From: an uncultured Mucilaginibacter sp.
GTDB taxonomy: Bacteria; Bacteroidota; Bacteroidia; Sphingobacteriales; Sphingobacteriaceae
NCBI GenBank assembly: GCA_964241945.1
Contig: CAXTCH010000001.1
Span: 1-42,078 of the forward strand
Direction: 5' to 3'
Length of the DNA stretch: 42,078 nucleotides
This document shows positions 17,746 to 26,182 of the stretch, one piece after another (the first letter of the stretch is position 1; the number at the start of each line of letters is the position of its first letter). A program made the translations under genes and the position numbers. The notes below the pieces were generated by a model. The model searched no databases. It saw only the letters and a list, made by a program, of their open reading frames with translations, and had not been told where the DNA came from.

Positions 17746-19458
17746 TTATACATTCCCTTTTTTCATTTCCTCTACAGCATAATGTACAGCTCTTGCTGTC
17801 ATTGCCATATAGGTGAGCGATGGATTTTGGCATGAGGTGGAGGTCATGCAGGCGCCGTCCGTAACAAACACGTTCTTCACTGCATGCAGCTGGTTCCATT
17901 CATTCAATACAGATGTCTTTGGATCTTTACCCATACGGGCGCCACCCATCTCGTGAATGTCTAAACCAGGTGCTTGTTTACTATCGGTTGCCTTTATATT
18001 GGTAAAACCTGCCGAAGTAAACATTTCGGTCATCTGCTCTTTATAATCATTGATCATTTTCTCATCGTTGTTATCATAAGACATATCAATGTTAAGCTGC
18101 GGGATGCCCCAGGCATCTTTCTTGCTTTTATCCAGACTTACAAAATTGCTCTCTTTAGGAATCGTTTCGCCCATCATGTGTGAGCCTACTACCCAAGGGC
18201 CGATGTCGGGGTGATTTAGGCTTTCTTTAAACCCGGCACCTACACCTTGCTCTTGCGATTTATATTTACGGAAAGCGCTGAACCCGCAGGCGTAACCGCG
18301 TAAAAAGTCAGTTTCCTGCTTATGTAAGTTGCGGAAGCGCGGAATATATCCTCCGCCTGCCGGATTGCGGCCATCAGTGGTAAACTCTTTGAAACCATCG
18401 TATTCTCCGGTAATATGGCAACGATAGTTATGAAAAGCTACATATTTACCTAACACACCACTATCATTACCCAAGCCGTTAGGGAAGCGGCTGGAGGTGG
18501 AGTTGAGCAGGATAAGATTTGTATTTAAAGCAGCGGCGTTTACAAAAACAATCCTGGCATAATACTCGGTTTCCTGCTTGCTGTTGGCATCTATTACCTT
18601 TACTCCTTTCGCCTTACCTGTTTTATCATCATATAATATGGAATGCACTACCGAGTAAGGTTTCAGCGTCATTTTACCGGTTTTCTCTGCCCAAGGAATG
18701 GTAGTTGAATTACTGGCAAAATATCCGCCGAACGGGCATCCGCGCTGGCATAATACCCGTTTTTGGCATTGCACCCGGCCCTGCTCAATATGAATAGGCT
18801 GCGGTACTGACAAGTGTGCACAACGGGCACTGATTACATGCCGGCCATATTTTCCTTTTACATGTTTACTGAAATAGTCTTCAACGCAGTTGAGCGGGAA
18901 GGCAGGTAAAAATTCGCCGTCGGGCAGTTCATCCAGTCCGTCATGATTACCAGCTATTCCGGCAAATTTTTCAACGTAGCTATACCATGGCGCTAAATCT
19001 TTATAACGTATAGGCCAGTCTACCGCAAAACCGTCACGAGCAGGGCCTTCAAAATCAAAGTCGCTCCAACGCTGGGTTTGCCGAGCCCACATCAACGATT
19101 TTCCACCCACCTGGTAGCCGCGAATCCAGTCAAAAGGCTTAGGCTGACCGTAGGGATGATCAGTATCTTTTACAAAAAAATGTTCTGCATCTTCACGGAA
19201 GGCATAGCAACGGTTTATAGATGGATTAGCCTGCTGAATATCCATCGGAATATCGCCCCGGTGCGGAAATTCCCAGGGGTATAAATTAGTAGTAGGATAA
19301 TCGCGCAGGTGCTTCACTTCGCGTCCGCGCTCAAGCACTAAAGTTTTTAAACCGGCGCCGGTAAGTTCTTTGACCGCCCATCCTCCGCTTATACCTGAAC
19401 CAATCACTATGGCATCATAAGTGTTGGCTTTTGCAGCATCAATATTTAAATTAGGCAT
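17746..19458 (-). CDS. GMC family FAD oxidoreductase (glycoside 3-dehydrogenase-like catalytic subunit), paralogue 1
   Basis: GSGISG, VGGKSLMW, CQKRVLCQRGCP, HEMGGARMG, QNPSLTYMAMT; overlaps the upstream partner gene by 8 bp. Confidence 0.92.
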   Translation of the reverse strand: MPNLNIDAAKANTYDAIVIGSGISGGWAVKELTGAGLKTLVLERGREVKHLRDYPTTNLYPWEFPHRGDIPMDIQQANPSINRCYAFREDAEHFFVKDTDHPYGQPKPFDWIRGYQVGGKSLMWARQTQRWSDFDFEGPARDGFAVDWPIRYKDLAPWYSYVEKFAGIAGNHDGLDELPDGEFLPAFPLNCVEDYFSKHVKGKYGRHVISARCAHLSVPQPIHIEQGRVQCQKRVLCQRGCPFGGYFASNSTTIPWAEKTGKMTLKPYSVVHSILYDDKTGKAKGVKVIDANSKQETEYYARIVFVNAAALNTNLILLNSTSSRFPNGLGNDSGVLGKYVAFHNYRCHITGEYDGFKEFTTDGRNPAGGGYIPRFRNLHKQETDFLRGYACGFSAFRKYKSQEQGVGAGFKESLNHPDIGPWVVGSHMMGETIPKESNFVSLDKSKKDAWGIPQLNIDMSYDNNDEKMINDYKEQMTEMFTSAGFTNIKATDSKQAPGLDIHEMGGARMGKDPKTSVLNEWNQLHAVKNVFVTDGACMTSTSCQNPSLTYMAMTARAVHYAVEEMKKGNV

Positions 19459-20002
19459 ATTTAGGGGAGTTTTTCATGTTCTTAACCGGAAAATAGCCAT
19501 TATACCGGCCAGGAACCAGTTCATACACTACCTCTTTAGTCATATAAAACTTTGAGTGGGTGTAACCGAATACGGTAAGTTGTTTAGTAGTACTGAAAAA
19601 GTTGGTCAGGTCTGACTTAGGCATTGATTCGGTCTCCAATTTGGTCAGCCATTGCTCGCGTTGCTGTGCACTCAGCTGTCCGAACGATTTATGATAGGCT
19701 TTTTGTGTAGCCTCGTTAAATGCTTTAATTCCTGCTACGTATGATTTTTGATCTTCAGGCTTGGTACAATCGTTCAGCATTTTCATTACGAACAAATGCA
19801 GCTGCAGGTCTTTTGCACCCGGCGTTGACGTATGCGGGATGATAGTTTCTGCTACATCACCGATCAAAGCTTCATCCTGAGCATTAAGATCAATTTTATT
19901 TAAAGCAATTGAAGCCTTGCCCACATGCCTGTCGCACGCGGGTAATATTAAAGCGCCACCAATTACTAAAGCCAGATTTTTTAAAGCTGCTCTTCTATCC
20001 AT
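19451..20002 (-). CDS. Gluconate 2-dehydrogenase subunit 3 family (Tat partner subunit)
   Basis: MDRRAALK, LPAC; ETIIPHTSTPGAKDL; KQLTVFGYTHS; YELVPGRY. Confidence 0.88.
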   Translation of the reverse strand: MDRRAALKNLALVIGGALILPACDRHVGKASIALNKIDLNAQDEALIGDVAETIIPHTSTPGAKDLQLHLFVMKMLNDCTKPEDQKSYVAGIKAFNEATQKAYHKSFGQLSAQQREQWLTKLETESMPKSDLTNFFSTTKQLTVFGYTHSKFYMTKEVVYELVPGRYNGYFPVKNMKNSPKYA

Positions 20003-20039
20003 TATTAGTTATAAATGAAAGATCAAATTACACAGCAGC

Positions 20040-20069
20040 TAAATATAAAAGATGGCACCACTATGCAGA
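20040..20069 (-). promoter_or_regulatory. Candidate Bacteroidota sigma70-type promoter for the catabolic operon
   Basis: Coding strand TCTG-N18-TATATTTA, each one mismatch from TTTG / TAnnTTTG, about 37 bp before the ATG. Confidence 0.3.
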
Positions 20070-20353
20070 CGGGTTTATAATAAAACCAAACATAATTACT
20101 TTTATGCAAAGTGTATATTGTTTTGGCCGAAAAACATTAATTTATTTAGTAAGAATTCGGTTACATTGAAAATTGCTTTAAAACTGAAAATTATATTTAA
20201 CTATTACTCTTATGTAATCAGCTCAATTATAGGCAGTAAGACATAGTATTCCTGCTATTTAAAATAATTTAGTCACACTTCTTAACTACTTTTTAAGGAC
20301 ATCTTGATTTTTAGTTGCTTATTTAGGTTAATTTAGCCAATCCGTAACCTGCT

Positions 20354-21001
20354 ATGAAAAAAAGTATCTGGACTTTATTTATACCTGACTATAACCAGGT
20401 ATTTTATAATTTATTTAATGAAGCTACTGCCAACAACATGGCCATGGCCGACCTGCTGTATGAGGCGTTGAACAAAACGGATGCAGAGGACCGCAAGCCG
20501 TTGTTTAATCACATCAGCCGGCTTAAATCAACGGCAGCAGAATTACGACAGCAGGTGTATGCCGTATCCAGCAGATCATTTATCTCTCCGTTCGAACGTA
20601 ACGATATGTTTAACTTGGCGCTGGCTATCTATAATGTATCCAACATGATTGATGTGGCTGCCCGCCGGATTAATTTGTATATTGATTACGACATGACACC
20701 TTATGCCAAAGAGCTGGCTGGTGTAATTAAAGATTGCAGCAACGAAATGGCAAAAGCGATTGACATGCTGAACAGCCTGAAAAACGCCGACCGCATTACC
20801 AGCAGTTGCGATACCATAAGAGATTATGAAAATTATGCCGATACGCTGCATGGTAAGGCAGTGAATCAATTATTGTCTAATGCCAGCGACACGCTGAACC
20901 TCATTAAGCACACAGACGTACTGTCGTCGTTGGAAAAGACCACTGACAAGTATGAGCATGTAACCAAAGTGTTGGAAACGATATTGATTAAAAACTCATA
21001 A
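20354..21001 (+). CDS. DUF47 / PhoU-like phosphate transport regulator
   Basis: SFISPFERNDM (cf. FITPFDREDI), YENYAD, LEKTTDKYEHV...LETILIKNS; all-helical, 215 aa. Confidence 0.85.
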   Translation: MKKSIWTLFIPDYNQVFYNLFNEATANNMAMADLLYEALNKTDAEDRKPLFNHISRLKSTAAELRQQVYAVSSRSFISPFERNDMFNLALAIYNVSNMIDVAARRINLYIDYDMTPYAKELAGVIKDCSNEMAKAIDMLNSLKNADRITSSCDTIRDYENYADTLHGKAVNQLLSNASDTLNLIKHTDVLSSLEKTTDKYEHVTKVLETILIKNS

Positions 21002-21022
21002 CTTGATAATTAAATAGAGCAT

Positions 21023-21056
21023 AAAAAAAGGCTTGCAGTACTGCAAGCCTTTTTTT
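21023..21056. terminator. Fully self-complementary terminator-like hairpin at the symmetry centre
   Basis: A7-GGCTTGCAGT|ACTGCAAGCC-T7, 21 bp after the DUF47 stop; same architecture as the terminator at 7138-7176. Confidence 0.8.
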
Positions 21057-21077
21057 ATGCTCTATTTAATTATCAAG

Positions 21078-21725
21078 TTATGAGTTTTTAATCAATATCG
21101 TTTCCAACACTTTGGTTACATGCTCATACTTGTCAGTGGTCTTTTCCAACGACGACAGTACGTCTGTGTGCTTAATGAGGTTCAGCGTGTCGCTGGCATT
21201 AGACAATAATTGATTCACTGCCTTACCATGCAGCGTATCGGCATAATTTTCATAATCTCTTATGGTATCGCAACTGCTGGTAATGCGGTCGGCGTTTTTC
21301 AGGCTGTTCAGCATGTCAATCGCTTTTGCCATTTCGTTGCTGCAATCTTTAATTACACCAGCCAGCTCTTTGGCATAAGGTGTCATGTCGTAATCAATAT
21401 ACAAATTAATCCGGCGGGCAGCCACATCAATCATGTTGGATACATTATAGATAGCCAGCGCCAAGTTAAACATATCGTTACGTTCGAACGGAGAGATAAA
21501 TGATCTGCTGGATACGGCATACACCTGCTGTCGTAATTCTGCTGCCGTTGATTTAAGCCGGCTGATGTGATTAAACAACGGCTTGCGGTCCTCTGCATCC
21601 GTTTTGTTCAACGCCTCATACAGCAGGTCGGCCATGGCCATGTTGTTGGCAGTAGCTTCATTAAATAAATTATAAAATACCTGGTTATAGTCAGGTATAA
21701 ATAAAGTCCAGATACTTTTTTTCAT
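21078..21725 (-). CDS. DUF47 / PhoU-like protein (mirror copy)
   Basis: Identical translation to 20354-21001. Confidence 0.82.
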   Translation of the reverse strand: MKKSIWTLFIPDYNQVFYNLFNEATANNMAMADLLYEALNKTDAEDRKPLFNHISRLKSTAAELRQQVYAVSSRSFISPFERNDMFNLALAIYNVSNMIDVAARRINLYIDYDMTPYAKELAGVIKDCSNEMAKAIDMLNSLKNADRITSSCDTIRDYENYADTLHGKAVNQLLSNASDTLNLIKHTDVLSSLEKTTDKYEHVTKVLETILIKNS

Positions 21726-22076
21726 AGCAGGTTACGGATTGGCTAAATTAACCTAAATAAGCAACTAAAAATCAAGATGTCCTTAAAAAGTAGTTAAGAA
21801 GTGTGACTAAATTATTTTAAATAGCAGGAATACTATGTCTTACTGCCTATAATTGAGCTGATTACATAAGAGTAATAGTTAAATATAATTTTCAGTTTTA
21901 AAGCAATTTTCAATGTAACCGAATTCTTACTAAATAAATTAATGTTTTTCGGCCAAAACAATATACACTTTGCATAAAAGTAATTATGTTTGGTTTTATT
22001 ATAAACCCGTCTGCATAGTGGTGCCATCTTTTATATTTAGCTGCTGTGTAATTTGATCTTTCATTTATAACTAATA

Positions 22077-22628
22077 ATGGATAGAAGAGCAGCTTTAAAA
22101 AATCTGGCTTTAGTAATTGGTGGCGCTTTAATATTACCCGCGTGCGACAGGCATGTGGGCAAGGCTTCAATTGCTTTAAATAAAATTGATCTTAATGCTC
22201 AGGATGAAGCTTTGATCGGTGATGTAGCAGAAACTATCATCCCGCATACGTCAACGCCGGGTGCAAAAGACCTGCAGCTGCATTTGTTCGTAATGAAAAT
22301 GCTGAACGATTGTACCAAGCCTGAAGATCAAAAATCATACGTAGCAGGAATTAAAGCATTTAACGAGGCTACACAAAAAGCCTATCATAAATCGTTCGGA
22401 CAGCTGAGTGCACAGCAACGCGAGCAATGGCTGACCAAATTGGAGACCGAATCAATGCCTAAGTCAGACCTGACCAACTTTTTCAGTACTACTAAACAAC
22501 TTACCGTATTCGGTTACACCCACTCAAAGTTTTATATGACTAAAGAGGTAGTGTATGAACTGGTTCCTGGCCGGTATAATGGCTATTTTCCGGTTAAGAA
22601 CATGAAAAACTCCCCTAAATATGCCTAA
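22077..22628 (+). CDS. Gluconate 2-dehydrogenase subunit 3 family (mirror copy)
   Basis: Identical to 19451-20002. Confidence 0.85.
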   Translation: MDRRAALKNLALVIGGALILPACDRHVGKASIALNKIDLNAQDEALIGDVAETIIPHTSTPGAKDLQLHLFVMKMLNDCTKPEDQKSYVAGIKAFNEATQKAYHKSFGQLSAQQREQWLTKLETESMPKSDLTNFFSTTKQLTVFGYTHSKFYMTKEVVYELVPGRYNGYFPVKNMKNSPKYA

Positions 22629-24333
22629 TTTAAATATTGATGCTGCAAAAGCCAACACTTATGATGCCATAGTGATTGGTTCAGGTATAAGCGGAGGATG
22701 GGCGGTCAAAGAACTTACCGGCGCCGGTTTAAAAACTTTAGTGCTTGAGCGCGGACGCGAAGTGAAGCACCTGCGCGATTATCCTACTACTAATTTATAC
22801 CCCTGGGAATTTCCGCACCGGGGCGATATTCCGATGGATATTCAGCAGGCTAATCCATCTATAAACCGTTGCTATGCCTTCCGTGAAGATGCAGAACATT
22901 TTTTTGTAAAAGATACTGATCATCCCTACGGTCAGCCTAAGCCTTTTGACTGGATTCGCGGCTACCAGGTGGGTGGAAAATCGTTGATGTGGGCTCGGCA
23001 AACCCAGCGTTGGAGCGACTTTGATTTTGAAGGCCCTGCTCGTGACGGTTTTGCGGTAGACTGGCCTATACGTTATAAAGATTTAGCGCCATGGTATAGC
23101 TACGTTGAAAAATTTGCCGGAATAGCTGGTAATCATGACGGACTGGATGAACTGCCCGACGGCGAATTTTTACCTGCCTTCCCGCTCAACTGCGTTGAAG
23201 ACTATTTCAGTAAACATGTAAAAGGAAAATATGGCCGGCATGTAATCAGTGCCCGTTGTGCACACTTGTCAGTACCGCAGCCTATTCATATTGAGCAGGG
23301 CCGGGTGCAATGCCAAAAACGGGTATTATGCCAGCGCGGATGCCCGTTCGGCGGATATTTTGCCAGTAATTCAACTACCATTCCTTGGGCAGAGAAAACC
23401 GGTAAAATGACGCTGAAACCTTACTCGGTAGTGCATTCCATATTATATGATGATAAAACAGGTAAGGCGAAAGGAGTAAAGGTAATAGATGCCAACAGCA
23501 AGCAGGAAACCGAGTATTATGCCAGGATTGTTTTTGTAAACGCCGCTGCTTTAAATACAAATCTTATCCTGCTCAACTCCACCTCCAGCCGCTTCCCTAA
23601 CGGCTTGGGTAATGATAGTGGTGTGTTAGGTAAATATGTAGCTTTTCATAACTATCGTTGCCATATTACCGGAGAATACGATGGTTTCAAAGAGTTTACC
23701 ACTGATGGCCGCAATCCGGCAGGCGGAGGATATATTCCGCGCTTCCGCAACTTACATAAGCAGGAAACTGACTTTTTACGCGGTTACGCCTGCGGGTTCA
23801 GCGCTTTCCGTAAATATAAATCGCAAGAGCAAGGTGTAGGTGCCGGGTTTAAAGAAAGCCTAAATCACCCCGACATCGGCCCTTGGGTAGTAGGCTCACA
23901 CATGATGGGCGAAACGATTCCTAAAGAGAGCAATTTTGTAAGTCTGGATAAAAGCAAGAAAGATGCCTGGGGCATCCCGCAGCTTAACATTGATATGTCT
24001 TATGATAACAACGATGAGAAAATGATCAATGATTATAAAGAGCAGATGACCGAAATGTTTACTTCGGCAGGTTTTACCAATATAAAGGCAACCGATAGTA
24101 AACAAGCACCTGGTTTAGACATTCACGAGATGGGTGGCGCCCGTATGGGTAAAGATCCAAAGACATCTGTATTGAATGAATGGAACCAGCTGCATGCAGT
24201 GAAGAACGTGTTTGTTACGGACGGCGCCTGCATGACCTCCACCTCATGCCAAAATCCATCGCTCACCTATATGGCAATGACAGCAAGAGCTGTACATTAT
24301 GCTGTAGAGGAAATGAAAAAAGGGAATGTATAA
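22621..24333 (+). CDS. GMC oxidoreductase paralogue 1 (mirror copy)
   Basis: Identical to 17746-19458. Confidence 0.9.
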   Translation: MPNLNIDAAKANTYDAIVIGSGISGGWAVKELTGAGLKTLVLERGREVKHLRDYPTTNLYPWEFPHRGDIPMDIQQANPSINRCYAFREDAEHFFVKDTDHPYGQPKPFDWIRGYQVGGKSLMWARQTQRWSDFDFEGPARDGFAVDWPIRYKDLAPWYSYVEKFAGIAGNHDGLDELPDGEFLPAFPLNCVEDYFSKHVKGKYGRHVISARCAHLSVPQPIHIEQGRVQCQKRVLCQRGCPFGGYFASNSTTIPWAEKTGKMTLKPYSVVHSILYDDKTGKAKGVKVIDANSKQETEYYARIVFVNAAALNTNLILLNSTSSRFPNGLGNDSGVLGKYVAFHNYRCHITGEYDGFKEFTTDGRNPAGGGYIPRFRNLHKQETDFLRGYACGFSAFRKYKSQEQGVGAGFKESLNHPDIGPWVVGSHMMGETIPKESNFVSLDKSKKDAWGIPQLNIDMSYDNNDEKMINDYKEQMTEMFTSAGFTNIKATDSKQAPGLDIHEMGGARMGKDPKTSVLNEWNQLHAVKNVFVTDGACMTSTSCQNPSLTYMAMTARAVHYAVEEMKKGNV

Positions 24334-24471
24334 ACTTTAAATTAATTTTGTTAACTCCAAAATAATGTTAATAAATTAATATCTGTTGCTGATTAAAAAA
24401 AGTGCCTTGGCACTTCAATTTATATATACAATTCATAAATTAGACGAACTAACCAATTTAAATTTTACTGT

Positions 24472-26151
24472 ATGCCGGCAAATACTTTTGATGCCATAGT
24501 TATCGGATCAGGCATTTCGGGCGGATGGGCTGCCAAAGAACTTACCGAAAAAGGTCTTAAAACCATCGTTCTGGAGCGTGGTCGCAATATAGAACACGTA
24601 AAAGATTACGTGAACGCTAATAAAGCGCCATGGGAGTTTCCGCACCGCGGAGGCAGAACTCAGAAAATGATCGAAGATTATCCGGTTCTTAAGCGCGATT
24701 ATCCGCTGAACGAAACTAATCTTGATTACTGGACCAACGAGAAGGAAAGTCCGTATGTGGAAACCAAACCTTTCGATTGGTTCAGAGGCTATCACGTAGG
24801 TGGCCGTTCCCTGATGTGGGGCCGCCAGTCCTACCGCTGGGCTGATGTTGATTTTGAAGCTAATTTAAAAGACGGCGTTGCAGTTGACTGGCCGATCCGT
24901 TATAAAGATGTTGCTCCATGGTACAGCTACGCCGAAAAGTTTGCCGGTATCAGCGGTAACCGCGATGGTTTGGCCATTTTACCCGACGGTGATTTCATGC
25001 CTGCTATGGAAATGAACGTAGTGGAAAAAGACGTTGCCGCCCGCTTAAAACAGCATTATAAAAACCAGCGTGATATGATTATCGGCCGTACTGCCAACAT
25101 TACCGTACCGCATTATGCACGCACCAATTGCCAGTACCGCAATAAATGCTGGTTGGGTTGTCCGTTCGGTGCTTACTTCAGTACCCAGTCGGCCACTTTA
25201 CCTGCAGCAGCGGCAACAAACAATCTAACGCTGCGTCCCTTTTCTATCGTTACAAAAATCTTGTACGATAAAGACACCAAGAAAGCCAAAGGCGTGGAAA
25301 TTATTGATGCAGAAACTCATAAAACTTATGAGTATTATGCAAAAGTGATTTTTGTTAACGCTTCCACTATAAATTCAGCCTGGATACTTATGAATTCAGC
25401 TACTGATATCTGGCCGGCAGGTTTAGGCAGCAGCAGCGGCGAACTGGGGCATAATCTGATGGATCACCACCTGGGTGTAGGCGCCGGAGGTGTGGTTGAC
25501 GGATATGATGATAAATATTATTTCGGTCGCCGTGCCAATGGTATTTATATTCCTCGCTACCGTAATTTAAATGGTGAAAAACGCGATTACATCCGGGGAT
25601 TTGGTTATCAGGGTGGAGCCAGCCGTGAGCGTTGGAGCCGTGATATCGCGGAAATGAATATCGGCGGTGAATTTAAAGATGCACTTTCTGAACCGGGAGA
25701 ATGGACTATGGGCATTGGCGGTTTCGGTGAAACCCTGCCATACCACGAAAATTATGTAAGCTTACATAAAACCAAAAAAGATGCATGGGGCTTACCTGTT
25801 CCGGTAATTGATGCCGTAATACGCGACAACGAAATGAAGATGCGCGTTGACATGATGCAGGATGCCAAAGAAATGCTGGAAGCAGCAGGCGTTAAAAAAG
25901 TACAAACTTATACCACTGAGGCCGTGCTTGGTAAAGGTATACACGAAATGGGTACTGCACGTATGGGCCGCGATCCAAAAACTTCGGTATTGAACGAGTG
26001 GAACCAGGTATGGGATGCCAAGAACGTATTTGTTACGGATGGTGCTTGCATGACCTCAACTGCCTGTCAAAACCCATCATTAACGTACATGGCACTTACT
26101 GCCCGCGCAGCTGATTATGCCGTGAGCGAATTAAAAAAAGGTAACATATAA
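24472..26151 (+). CDS. GMC oxidoreductase paralogue 2 (mirror copy)
   Basis: Identical to 15928-17607. Confidence 0.9.
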   Translation: MPANTFDAIVIGSGISGGWAAKELTEKGLKTIVLERGRNIEHVKDYVNANKAPWEFPHRGGRTQKMIEDYPVLKRDYPLNETNLDYWTNEKESPYVETKPFDWFRGYHVGGRSLMWGRQSYRWADVDFEANLKDGVAVDWPIRYKDVAPWYSYAEKFAGISGNRDGLAILPDGDFMPAMEMNVVEKDVAARLKQHYKNQRDMIIGRTANITVPHYARTNCQYRNKCWLGCPFGAYFSTQSATLPAAAATNNLTLRPFSIVTKILYDKDTKKAKGVEIIDAETHKTYEYYAKVIFVNASTINSAWILMNSATDIWPAGLGSSSGELGHNLMDHHLGVGAGGVVDGYDDKYYFGRRANGIYIPRYRNLNGEKRDYIRGFGYQGGASRERWSRDIAEMNIGGEFKDALSEPGEWTMGIGGFGETLPYHENYVSLHKTKKDAWGLPVPVIDAVIRDNEMKMRVDMMQDAKEMLEAAGVKKVQTYTTEAVLGKGIHEMGTARMGRDPKTSVLNEWNQVWDAKNVFVTDGACMTSTACQNPSLTYMALTARAADYAVSELKKGNI

Positions 26152-26182
26152 GTTTTCTTAACTAATTATAAACTAATAACCT

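Larger units (their letters stand above)
1..21039. repeat. Left arm of whole-window inverted repeat (21,039 bp)
   Basis: All 18 called genes have a mirror at 42079-x on the opposite strand with identical translation, except the Gfo/Idh/MocA gene at 14463-15896. The window starts CATGATATGG and ends CCATATCATG. Confidence 0.99.

Noticed and set aside
72-19284. Numerous 60-144 aa ORFs overlapping the main genes, and their mirrors (including 26562-26813, present in one arm only)
   Set aside because: Antisense or out-of-frame shadows of well-supported genes with no motifs. The arm-specific one results from the SNP tract changing start/stop codons in a non-coding frame.
15928-19458. Tandem DNA repeat formed by the two GMC genes
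   Set aside because: Similarity is at old-paralogue level, with divergent cores and synonymous sites; not a recent duplication.
19909-20246. Small ORFs 19909-20169 and 20052-20246 in the divergent promoter region
   Set aside because: They start at non-ATG or weak starts, overlap a gene or AT-rich promoter DNA, and show low-complexity I/K/N/F/Y composition.
20270-20297. Pho-box-like direct repeats (GTCAC/TTAAC/TTAAG) upstream of DUF47
   Set aside because: Too degenerate in AT-rich DNA, with irregular 10/11-bp spacing; cannot be supported without comparative data.
1-21039. CRISPR arrays, tRNA or rRNA genes
   Set aside because: No regularly spaced direct repeats or recognisable structural RNA signatures were seen in the intergenic regions.
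21023-21056. Calling the centre a protelomerase target or telomere as a feature
   Set aside because: No protelomerase in the window, and the sequence is well explained as an A-tract/GC-stem/T-tract terminator. Kept only as an alternative hypothesis.
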